A stretch of 64,000 nucleotides of DNA from Camelus ferus (lineage: Eukaryota): assembly GCF_009834535.1 (NCBI RefSeq), contig NC_045696.1:31746001-31810000 (forward strand). Reading direction: 5' to 3'. The position numbers and the translations under genes were made by a program. Positions 1 through 11,419 of the stretch are shown in pieces. The stretch's first letter is position 1, and each line of letters opens with the position of its first letter. Under the pieces are notes generated by a model. It had not been told where the DNA came from and ran no database searches. It was given only the letters and a program-made list of their open reading frames with translations.

Positions 1-220
1 GGATCCAGAGCAGAGGCAGTAATTTGAAAAGGGTCAAGTCAGACCCACCTGCTGATCTTGGATAGTCTCCCATGGAAGCAGGAGGCAGCTGGAGCTCACC
101 CTGGGACATGGACTCCAGCAGAAGGCCTTTTTGTGGGCTTATTCTACCACGTGGACACTGGTGCAGGCAATCATTTTGGAATTCTCCCTCTAGTTTATTA
201 GCACTAGGACCAGGCCGTAT
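1..220 (+). mobile_element. LINE-1 5'-region fragment (laurasiatherian-type), cut by the window edge
   Basis: GC-richer segment 'tgctgatcttgg...ggaggcagctggagctcaccctggg...ttctaccacgtggacactggtg...ttattagcactaggacc' resembles recalled L1 5' UTR sequence. Confidence 0.55.
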
Positions 221-662
221 CAAGCAACATAGTGTTGTAAGTCAATTATACTTCAAAAACAATCAAACAAACAAAAAATAAATTCATAGAAAAAGAGATC
301 AGATTTGTGGTTATCAGAGGCATAGGTTAGAGGAGAAGGGGAACTTACTGAAGGCAGTCAAAAGGCACAAACTTCCGGTTGTAAAATAAATCAGTACTAG
401 GGATGTAATTTACAACATGATAAATATAATTAACACTTCTGTATGCTATATACAAAAGTTAAGAGTAAATCCTAGGAGTTCTCATTACAAGAAAATATTT
501 GTTCATTTTCTTTACTTTTGTATCTATATACAATAGATGTTCGCTAAACTTATTGTGATAATCACTTTATGATGAATGTAAATCAAACCATTACGCTGTA
601 CACATTCAATTTTTACAGTGCTATATATCAATTATATCTCAACAAAACTGAAAGAAAAAAAA
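221..662 (+). mobile_element. Older LINE-1 3' UTR with A tail
   Basis: Typical L1 3' UTR motifs (gagatcagatttgtggttatcagagg; caaacttccggttgtaaaataaat; ttctcattacaag; tcaattatatctcaacaaaactgaaagaaaaaa). Confidence 0.85.
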
Positions 663-686
663 TAATGGAATAAGAATATTATGCCC

Positions 687-2166
687 TAAAAACAGACATA
701 TGGATCAGTGGAACAGAATAGAAAGTCCAGAAATAAACCCACAGATCTATGGTCAATTAATCTTCAACAAAGGAGGCAAGAATATACAATGGAGAAAAGA
801 CAGTCTCTTCAGCAAGTGCTGTTGGGAAAACTGGATAGCAGCATGTAAATCAATGAAGTTAGTACACTCCCTCACACTGTACACAAAAATCAACTCAAAA
901 TGGCTTAAAGATTTAAATATAAGACAAGACACGATAAATATCCTAGAAGAAATAGGCAAAACATTTCCTGACATAAATCTTAGTGATGTTCTCCTGGAGC
1001 AGTCTACCCAGAAAATAAAAATAAGAGCAAAAATAAACAAATGGGATCTAATTAAACTTATAAGCTTTTGCAAAGCAAAGGAAAGCATAAGCAAAACAAA
1101 ATGACAACCTACAGAATGGGAGAAAATATTTGCAAATGATGTGACTGACAAAGGCTGAATTTCCAGAATATACAAACAGCTCATACGACATAATAACAAC
1201 AACAACAAAAAAAAAAAAAACAGTGCAAAAATGGGCAGAAGACCTGGACAAGCAATTCTCCCCTGAAGACATACAATGGCCAATAGGCACATGAAAAAAT
1301 ACTCAATATCAATAATTATCAGAAAAATGCAAATCAAAACTACAATGATGTATCACTTCATACCGGTCAGAATGGCCATCATTCAGAAGTCCATGAATGT
1401 TAAATGCTGGAGATGGTGTGGAGAAAAGGGAACCCTCCTACACTGCTGGTAGCAATGTAGTTTGGTACAGCCATTATGGAAAATACTGTGGAGATTCCTC
1501 AAAAAATTAAAAATAGAGTTACCATATAATGCAGCAATTCCACTTCTGGGCATATATCTGGAGGGAACTCTAATTCAAAAAATACATGCAACCCAATGTT
1601 CATAGCAGCACCATATACAATAGCCAAGACATGGAAGCAACCTAAATGTCCATTGACAGAAGACTGGATAAAGAAGTTGCAGTATATTTATACAATGAAA
1701 TACTATTCAGCCATAAAAAATAAAATAATGCCATTTACAGCAACATGGATGGACCTAGAGATTGTCATTCTAAGTGAAGTAAGCCAGGAAAAGAAAAATA
1801 CCATATGATATCACTCATATGTGGAATCTAAAAAAACAAAGCAAAGAAAGAAAAGAAAAGAAATGGATACCATGAACTCATCTACAAAACAGAAACAGAC
1901 TCATAGACATAGTAAACAATCTTATGGTTACTGAGACAAGGGGTGGGAAGGGATAAGTCTGGGAGTTTGAGATTTACAAATGTTAGCCACTATATATAAA
2001 AATAGATTTTCAAAGGTTTCTTCCGTATAGCACAGGGAATTATGTTCAATATCCTATAATAAACTTTAATGAAAAAGAATATGAAAACAAATATATGTAG
2101 GCATATGCATGACCGGGACATTGTGCTGTACACCAGAAATTGACACATTGTAACTGACTGTACTTC

Positions 2167-2226
<60 letters not shown>

Positions 2227-2241
2227 TAATTTTAAAAACAT
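687..2241 (+). mobile_element. 5'-truncated young LINE-1 (ORF2 C-terminal part plus 3' UTR), disrupted
   Basis: ORF 700..1104 ([24 protein letters not shown]...KWDLIKL) and ORF 1596..1808 (MFIAAPYTIAKTWKQPKCP) match L1 ORF2. 12-bp direct repeat aatattatgccc at 675-686 and 2242-2253 is the TSD. Confidence 0.95.
2167..2228. repeat. (TAT)n microsatellite at the L1 tail
   Basis: About 18-20 TAT units directly after the L1 3' end. Confidence 0.97.
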
Positions 2242-2829
2242 AATATTATGCCCATGACCCTGTCTTTTCAACCATATTTTTATGCACAAGAACATAATCT
2301 TCACTCACACCAGCTGTAAACCATCTGAAAACAAAATAATGGTGAAAAATTTGAAGTATGATAAATCTTGAATACCCACAAATTTATTTAGAGAAAACTT
2401 CATCCATTTTTCTTATTAAAAAATCTAAAAAGAGAAAGTGATAATAATTTCAAATGCATTATAGATAAGCTGTCTACTTTGAATACTGCAAGCAATTTTA
2501 CAAATGAAAATATAAAAATCTGAAAAACATATTGAAAATATTATAAAATTACAGATTTTATATTCAATTGTTCTTTTTACTTGCACACTTTGGAATAAAC
2601 TCAACCCAGTCATGATGTATTATTCTTTAAAATAATGCTGGATATTTTTTCTGCTGATATTTTGTTATGGACCTTTGTGTTTATGATCCTGACAGATACA
2701 ATTCTGTGATTTTCTCTTTTTTTGGTAGAAATTTATCAATTTTTGGATAAGTTTTATGCTGTTTGGCTTCATCAAATTAACTGGGAATTCATAAATAATT
2801 ATAACAAACAATTACAATTGTCTCTGAAA

Positions 2830-3015
2830 ACCCTGGATTGCTCTGACTAGAAGACACACTTCTCCACAATGTGAACCCACACTGCTGGTGGAAGTGCATC
2901 AAAAGTCATCTCTCTCTCTTCACTTTTGCTTCATTCTTCTTCCTTTTAGAGATGTTGATCCCAGGAGCAGTCTCTTTTGAACATCCTTCTTGATAATCTA
3001 TGCCAAGAAATTCAA
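2830..3015 (+). mobile_element. LTR16-like ERVL LTR fragment
   Basis: 'ttcttccttttagagatgttgatcccaggagcagtctc' resembles the LTR16 3' part and the copy at 52096-52504. Confidence 0.5.
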
Positions 3016-4109
3016 TTGTCAACAATAATAATGTTGACAAGGGTTATTGTGAGGATAATATTAAATTTTACATATAAAGTACTTAAAATTATCCCTGAAA
3101 CATAGTAACCACTGAATTCCTGTGATAAATGATTATTATATTTCAAAATGACCTATCAAAGAACCTATCTTTAGGATGATAAGAGTTAATAACCAATAAA
3201 TATGCCAAGAATGTCCTCTCAAAGCCAGAAGTTCAGAAGCTCATTCAATACTTATTTGAGAACATACAATAATTAACTTTGTTTATACAGTGAAGCCCCA
3301 AGGGGTGTTAAGGATTGTAGCTTTGATTTATTAACAGCTCCATATTCTACTGATTCAAAAGAGAAAATCTAGAGTATTTCAAATTCATACTAATTGTACT
3401 AAATATAGTAAAGAGAAGCAAGCTCCAATTACGTATTTATCTACTGATGTATAATAAATTACTCTGAATCTTAAGTGGGTCAAAATAATGATTTTACTTT
3501 GCTTACAATATTGTGGATCAAACAATCAGAGAGGGCTCAGGTGGACAGTTTGTTTCTAATTCACATGGCACCAGCTGGCATGACTAGGGCTAGATGATCC
3601 ACTTCCAACATGGCTTCCTCACTCATTTGGCTGATGTCTCTGTATATATTAGCCTCTTTCTCTTTCTCCATAATAAAGTCACCCCAACCTGATCCATGTC
3701 TCCAATTTTATGGTTAGGGTTCTGGCAGTAATTTTCTCTCTCTCTTTGTTCACACTCTGAGGTCTTGTTTCTGCCCTTTTTTCCATAAGAAATAGACCCT
3801 GTTCACAATGAAATAAATTTTTTTCAGCCTGTTTCCTGCATAAAGAAGTTTACGGACTCAAAGACTTGTTTGCATTTTATATTATCTCCATTTTTTGTAG
3901 TCTAAGCTGATACAATGTTTTTAAGACTTTGTGTGCTTTATAGGGTATCAGATTTTAATCAATTCCATTATATAAAAATGATATCGACATTTCTTTTCAA
4001 GATAGGTACTGCTGTACCTTGGCTCAAAAGTCAAGTTGCTATGCATTATTTCCTTTATGATTCTTTCAAGTATTTTTGTCTAGCTGAAAGGGTTAATGAG
4101 GCATGCCCT

Positions 4110-4655
4110 TAAATATTTGCAAACATTGCGACTGACAAGTACTTAATTTCTAGAATATACAAATAGCTCATACAACTCAATAACGAAAAAAAACCCAAAA
4201 AGCTCAATGAAAAAATGGGCAGAAGACCTAAACAAACATTTCTCCAATGAAGACATACAATGGACAACAGGCACATGAAAAAATGCTCCACATCACTAAT
4301 TATCAGAGAAATGCAAATCAAAACTACAATTAAGTATCATTTCACACCATTCAGAGTAGCCATCATTAAAAAGCCCACAGACAGTAAATGCTGGAGAGGG
4401 TGTGGAGAAAAGAGAATCTCCCTACAATCTTGTTGGAAAGCCACTATGGAAAACAGTATGGTTATTCCTTAAAAAACTGAAATTAGACTTACCCTATGAT
4501 CCAGCAATCCCACTCCTGGGCATTCATCCAAAGGAAACTCTAATTCTAAAAGATACATGTACCCTAATGTTAATAAACAGCACTATTTAAAATAGCCAAG
4601 ACATGGAGGCAACCTAAATGTCCATTGACAGATGACTGGATAAAGAAGTTGTGAG

Positions 4656-4706
<51 letters not shown>

Positions 4707-5163
4707 GGAATACTACTGAGCTATAAAAAAAGAATAATGCCATTTGCAGCAACATGGATGGACCTGGAGATCATAATACTAAGTGAAGGCAGAAAGAGAA
4801 AGAAAAAGCTATACTTATATGTGGAATCTACAAAAAGGACACAAATGAAATTATTTACAAAACAGAGACAGACTTACAGACATAGAAAACAAACTTATGG
4901 TTACTGGGAGGGGTAGGGAAAGGGGGAGGGGAGGAATAAATTGGGAGTTCTGAATTTGCAGATACTAACTACTGTATATAAAATAGATAAACAATAAGGT
5001 CCTACTGTATAGCACAGGGAACTACATTCAATACCCTATAGTAGCCTATAATGAAAAAGAATATGAAAAGGAATATATATGCATATGTGTAAATGAATCA
5101 CTATGCTGTACAGCAGAAATTAACACAACATTTTAAACTGACTATACTTCAATTGAAAAAAAA
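4110..5163 (+). mobile_element. 5'-truncated LINE-1 (ORF2 end plus 3' UTR)
   Basis: ORFs 4260..4472 ([19 protein letters not shown]) and 4402..4590 (LPYDPAIPLLGIHPKE) match L1 ORF2. Ends in 'actgactatacttcaattgaaaaaaaa'. Confidence 0.95.
4659..4704. repeat. (CA)23 microsatellite inside L1
   Basis: Perfect CA run. Confidence 0.97.
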
Positions 5164-7719
5164 GGTCTCTTCCAGCAATGGAAAAAAAATTAAATGATGC
5201 AGGAAAAAAAAAAAAGATTCTTAGGGACACTCCTTTGTGACAGAAAGGGTCTAAGAATACTCTTGTAAGATTCTTAGAAGCTCTATTAGGTATGACTTTA
5301 AATCTTTCTGAGGTATCAAGCATCTTAGAGCCATACTATTGTGAAACTGACCCTGAAGCCTGCTTTATTGGTACCACATTGGATTTGATTCTTTCCTTGA
5401 GACCACTTCTTACCTTGGGAATCTTTAGCTAAGAGGTACTGGCGATGAAAGCTGGTTTTATTTCTGATGCCAGCAAGTCCTGGGTCTTTTATATCTCCTC
5501 TCAATTCTGCTCAAAAACTAAACAGCTCTGTTTTTAATTAATCTCTCTTCTCTATCATAGCCATTTTGAAAAGAAACTGGAACATTCTAGATACTGTTTG
5601 AAAATTTCCAGTCAGAACAAGTTTATTTTTCACCCTTTCTTTTTCCACCTTATGACAAGTGACAGTACTGCCAAAACTTCTTCTACTGCATATTAAAGTC
5701 CTCTTTTCTCCAGTCTCCAATAAAATTCCCTTACTTATCTACAAAATAATCACCAAAAGTATCCTTAAAATGCTATAAATTTCTGACTAACAATCTCAAA
5801 GCAATGCAACTTGTTTTTAAGTTTTTGATACAGTATCAGACTAATTTCAACTGCCAAATTCTCTTCTAGCTATCAATTTCATTAAACCTTTTGTAAAAAT
5901 TAATGACTTAATGTAATTATTTAATTTTGTTCATAATTGTGTGGCTTAGGAATTAGAAATGGTTTTTGATTAATAGTTTATCTCTGATTCATATAACATC
6001 AGCTACTATGGCTAAGGCTAGAAGAGACACTTAAAAAAGATTTTTTTTAACTCATATGTTTAGTGTCATGATGTTTCTTAGTTTCTCAACATGGCCTGAG
6101 GTATTCCAACATTTTACATGCTGACTGATGTTTCTTAGTACAAGTTTTCCAAGAAAAAGCATTCCAAGAGGTCCAGGCAGAAGTTGTGAATATTCTTATG
6201 ACTTAGCTACAGTGTCACTTCTGCTGAATCCATTGGTCAAACAAGTTACTAAGGTCAGCCTACATTCAAAGATGGAGGAAAAAACTCAATCTTTCAATGG
6301 AAGAATAGTGTGCATTTACACGAAAGGAGGTAATTATGATGATGTACGGGAGAAGCTAACAAAAGTTGTTGAGACCACAAAACACTAACAGAATTTATTA
6401 TACATATTATAAACAAACAAAAATATCTTATTGTTTAATATGTTGCAAGCATGGGTTTTATAATAGTTAATTTCCAACAGCTTTATCTGAGTAACTTAAA
6501 TAATCTGAATTAATTCAATCATTTAGATATGTGGTTCAGTTACTTTAGAATACAAAGAGATATGGGAAACAATGCCCAATAAAGTTTTGGATAATCATAT
6601 TACAAAATGACATCTTTTAAAAACTGCTTGCCCTAGGAAACTTTAACTCTCTTTACCTCTTAAAGCAAGAGAGAAAACCACTAAGAACAGATTCAGCCTC
6701 TCTAAAACATGAACCAGTATACAGTTCTGTAAAGACTCTGGTTACAAGACTAAAGGTCAATTCACTTAAGAAATCTGGATCTCAAGTGGATTGGGTTAAG
6801 AATAAAGTTCAGAAGCAACTTCTCTTATAAATGCAAAGAATTAATGACCACCAATGTTTTATTTGCCAAGTCTGATCTTCTCCTGGGAAGAGAACAGGAC
6901 CCTGAACAAGTGCTAATGGGTCTGTGCCCTTAAGGCAAGGTTGGCCTTTCAGTGGTTTGGAGTTTCACATACTAAGTTCCCTGAGTACTTTAAAAATGAA
7001 TCCACTCTCTAAATCTAAGCATTTTCTCAAAAATGTGGAAGCCCTTCACTTAACATGACAAAACTTGGTATCAAGGGGCAAAACTACACATTTTTAGACT
7101 TTCCCTGTTACAGTGAGGGGAAAAAAAATTCTCTGTTGTTATTTTATCTTAATGTCAGAGGCTTATATGGCAAAAAATTACCTCGTATGTTTTTAGTGGT
7201 CTAACATAGAAATCTCTAACAAGAAACCTATAAAATTTACTCTCCTCAAAGACTTCTGTAAGCAATTTAGAAATGAGTGTCAGTAAAGAAACAACAACCT
7301 GAAATTTGTAACACTATGATATTACTAAAGAAAAAAATAATTTGAAATCTCTTAAGTAATCTGTTGTTTTATGTTTTAATTTTTTGATAATGTTGCCTTC
7401 TTTCTCTGTTTGATCTACCCTCACAGAGTTCACTGTTCCATTTTGATTGTTCTGAGTTGCTACCCAATAATTTGCTGTTTGCCTTTCCTAGACTTCATCA
7501 GTATCATCACATCATCCAATGAAATCAGTCTATAAATGTTGTTTTAATTACTGGCAGCAGCAGTATTACTGCCCATTTACGCAAGATATGCCATAAAGCG
7601 TGTTTTGTGCTAAATAATCTATATACATTTTTTTTATTTACAATTCTGTAAGGTAATTATTACACAAAATGAAGGAAAAAACAACTGAAGGTCATTAACT
7701 CAAGCATTTATTAAGAATG

Positions 7720-8017
7720 CTGCAAAGAAGAGCTGCCCCACGCCCCATCCCTTCACGCCAACCCCTGCTTCTCCTCTCCCTCCCCTGCAGGAGGATCACC
7801 AACCAGGCCCGGCAGGCTGCCACCCATGGGGTGGCCTCCCACATGCACCTCCGGACTGATGTCTTTCTTCCCTCTCCTGTCCATCAAGCACGTGTACATA
7901 TATGTAAACTGAAAAAAAAAAGTGCAGTATACTGTATATATGTATTTACATCCAATATAATGTGTACTGCATTCAGATTGTAATAATTCCATCTAATAAA
8001 ACTGAAAAAGAAAAAAA
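7720..8017 (+). pseudogene. Short 5'-truncated processed retrocopy of an unidentified transcript 3' end
   Basis: GC-rich island in AT-rich DNA, AATAAA at 7995-8000, A-rich tail, and TSD aagaatg at 7713-7719 and 8018-8024 at a TT|AAGA L1-endonuclease-type site. Confidence 0.7.
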
Positions 8018-9507
8018 AAGAATGACAATTTCAATCCAGTAAATTTAGTATGTGAAAAATAAAGATTTTAAGGTATTTCAGAAGAAACTAAGTTAGTCAC
8101 TATATTAAACAGAGAGTGAAAATTTTAATTTACTGATAAATAATTAAAGATTCCTCAGAGAATATTGTATATCTTGGCAATATGTACTTCAAAGATGCTT
8201 GTTAAATGATTCTAAAAGAACACATTTTAAAGCATATGAATAATCTGTATTTTTAAAAGCCATATCTTTTGTAAACTTTACCAAGACTTTACCATGCATT
8301 ATTTCATCTAAGCTCATAATCTTTTGAGAAAGGTATGATTACATGCATATTAAAGAGTATGTTTCAGAAAGACCAAAGGACTTGTCTGAAGACACAAAGC
8401 TAGGAAGAAAGGTAAGTCTTAGGGTAAGACTTAAAGCTTCTCATTCAAGCACTCAAGACATTAAAACTGTTTAAAAATATTTTTTTAAAAAGAATGTTGC
8501 AATATGAGAAACAGCTTAAAATGAGTGTTCTATAGAAAGCAAGTAGGTGAAAGATTTTCCAAGGCTGACTGGGGAGGATCACTCAAAGATTCGCTTTTTT
8601 TTGAGAATTGTTCACTATTCAGATTCTTGGAAAGAGTGGGGAAAATGAGTTATGTTAATCATGTAGGAACTGGAAGATGGGACCTTAGTTTAATATCTAT
8701 TGGCTACTTAATTTAGATTTCGGAATAAAGGGTAAGGAGAAACATTTGGAAGCTAAGATTCCTTTGAGATGGCTCAGATTTGGTATTTAGATTTTTTATG
8801 TTGGTGGCAATCGTCTCTTGAATTAGAAGTTAGCAGTTACATAGAAGTATTTAAGACTCTGGGCAGTGTAAATACATAGATCACTCTGCTAAGGAACACA
8901 TGAAGCAAAATCAGATATAGACTCTGAAATGTTTCCTTAATCCTCCACATATCTTCCCTAGTCCTAACCAAGACATCAAATCTATTTGATGAAGGCAACT
9001 GTTTAAAATACATTTGTAAATGTTCATATAATCCTTATGCATTGCTTCTTACTTATGTTCCACCTTCACAATTCTGTTAGAGTTGTAAGTTTGGCTAATG
9101 GAACATCTGCTGGAAATATTCTCAAAAAATTTAAGTGAAATTGTCCTACTGATGATGATTTAAGATTTTACTCAATCAGCCTCTACTATTTTGTTAGTCA
9201 GCAGTAAAAACATGGAGAAGTAGGGAATCTTCTGTTGAGGAATAACACACTATTAATTTGTAATGATTTAGTCAATGATTACTCTGGAAGTATTCATGTA
9301 TAATAAACCATGAGGACATTGACCAATCTCCAGGGCTTTTTATGTAATAATAAAACATACATAAACAATTGACACTAACTGCCCTTGTTTGAGATGTTAC
9401 TAATATTAAGAAATAAAAATTAACCTATAGACAGTTTTTGTACCAGTTTGATGTAGCTGAACTTGAGTATGCTTTTAACCTGAGAAGCATACAATTATTG
9501 AAACATA

Positions 9508-10404
9508 CTGACATACAGTCAGCTACAATGTGCCCATTTCTAGTATATAGCATAACGTCCCAGTCATACATATATATGCATATATTCATTTTCATATTCT
9601 TTTTCATTAGAGGTTATTATAGGATACTGAATACAGTTCCCTGTGCTATACAAAAGAAATTTGGTTTTTATCTACTTTTATATATAGTAGTTAATATTTG
9701 CAAGCCTCAAACTCTCAAATTTATCCCTTCCTACCCACTTTCCCCCAGTAACCGTAAGTTTGTTTACTATGTCTGCAAGTCTGTTTCTGTTTTGTAGATG
9801 AGTTCATTATTATCTTTTTTCTTTTTTTAAGATTCCACATTTGAGTGACATCATATGGTATTTTTCTTTTTTTTCTGTCTTTACTTAAATGGCAATCTCC
9901 AGGTTCATCCATGTAGCTTGCAGATGGCATTAATTTATTCTTTTTTATGGCTGAGTAGTATTCCCTTGTATAAATTTACCATAACATTTTTATCCAGTCA
10001 CTTGCCAATGGACATTTATGTGGTTTCCCTGTGTTGGCTATTGCACATAATGCTGCTATTAACACTGGGGTACGTATATCTTTTCAAATTAGAGTTCCCG
10101 CCAGACATTCCCTGGAGTGGGATTGCTGGATCATATGGTAAGCCTATTTTTAGTTTTTTGAGTTATCTCCATATTGTTTTCCATAATGTGCTTCCTCTCT
10201 AGCATTTATCCTTTGTGGTGTTTTCAATGATGGCCATTCTGACTTGTGTGAGGTGATACCTCATTGTAGTTTTGATTTGCATTTCTCCGATAATTAGAGA
10301 TATTGAGTATTTTTGATGTGCCTATTGGCCACTGTATGTCTTCGTTGCAGAATTGCTTGTTTAGGTCTTCTGCCCATTTCTGGACTGAGATTTTGTTTGT
10401 TTGT
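9508..10404 (-). mobile_element. 5'-truncated young LINE-1
   Basis: Reverse complement of the same 3' UTR/ORF2 end as 687-2241, with a small internal deletion near 10190. Confidence 0.93.
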
Positions 10405-10659
10405 TTGAAACATATTTATATTAATATATCTTACCTTCACATAATAAAACTGTAAGGATTGCATTCCTCTCATTGTCCATTGGATTCTTCTTTTAAGTTT
10501 AGTAAAGACAGAATTCTCACGATAATTAGGAGTTACTTAAAATTTGGAGATTAAGAAACAAACGTATTTTTATTATTTTTCCTTTTAAAAGGTGAAGAAG
10601 CCAATCTTCCTGTTATCTGGTGACTAAGAGTTTTACATATAAAGTCTTCTTAATAGTTG

Positions 10660-10945
10660 TACTTATAGGGGAGTAAAAATAATTTTCCCTCTACCTTCTG
10701 TGAGTAGTTTCCTCAGAATCCAGTAATAAAAGACAGATTAACAAAAGGGAACAACAGGAGTTTATTAGCATGTATACCACAAGTATACATAGGAGATACC
10801 CAGGGAAAAATGCAAGCCAAAAAGGTAGCTTTAGAATTCAGAATTAAATAGTGCCCTAATGGGGAAGGAGGAGGGAGGATACAGGTCTCTTAGAGAAAAG
10901 GAAATAATTTTTAGGAAAGATGAATGGGATCTTAGAGAAACAGAA
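10660..10945 (-). mobile_element. ERV1 LTR fragment (MER34/MER39-like)
   Basis: 'aaaaataattttccctctacc...gtaataaaagacagattaacaa...gtttattagcatgtatacc...ggagatacccagggaaaaatg' matches the recalled MER34/39 terminus. Confidence 0.7.
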
Positions 10946-11364
10946 GAGATTTATTCTAGCTTAGTTAAATAAACTAATCCCTCTCTTAAGTTATTTATCT
11001 TTTCAAAAGATTTGGCTATGTAATCTTCATCACCATATTAAGCCAGTGCATATTTATATTAAAGTTTTCATATCGATAGGAAACAAGGGTTTCTACCATT
11101 TTTGTCCTAAGGTCCCTCTCAAATGAACATAGTTGTTTATATCAAAAGCTTCTTAAAATTTAATTATAAATTTTATCATTGAGGCTATGAGTACCTGTAC
11201 AAATATGGTATTAGGGTGATGTAGATTTCCCAACTGTCAGCTGTCTATTGCCTTACAGTAGTAGGAAATGAAAAATATTAGTAACCTCCTGATAATCAAA
11301 TGCTTGTACTCCTGCCTCACGTTAGCAGTGAAAAAAAAAAGTAGAAGATTCTTATCCAAGAATG

Positions 11365-11365
<1 letters not shown>

Positions 11366-11418
<53 letters not shown>
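11366..11418. repeat. (GAT)17 microsatellite
   Basis: Perfect GAT run. Confidence 0.97.

Positions 11419-11419
<1 letters not shown>

Larger units (their letters stand above)
3450..6345 (-). mobile_element. Degraded MaLR provirus (MLT1G/H-like LTR - internal - LTR), split by an L1
   Basis: Two related LTR copies (about 3450-3660 and 5875-6345) share the pattern 'ttt(g)ctcacaat..tgtgg..caggaatt...catcagct...ggctagaggatccacttccaa'. MLT1-internal-like sequence lies at about 3700-4109 and 5216-5870. Confidence 0.7.

Noticed and set aside
753..1337. Longest ORF (194 aa, minus strand, hydrophobic)
   Set aside because: It is the antisense frame of L1 ORF2. Similar peptides recur at 4109..4321 and 39834..40223.
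7717..7992. ORFs of 88 and 79 aa over the GC-rich insert
   Set aside because: No recognisable protein. The insert looks like 3' UTR, and the + strand ATG lies in the TSD.
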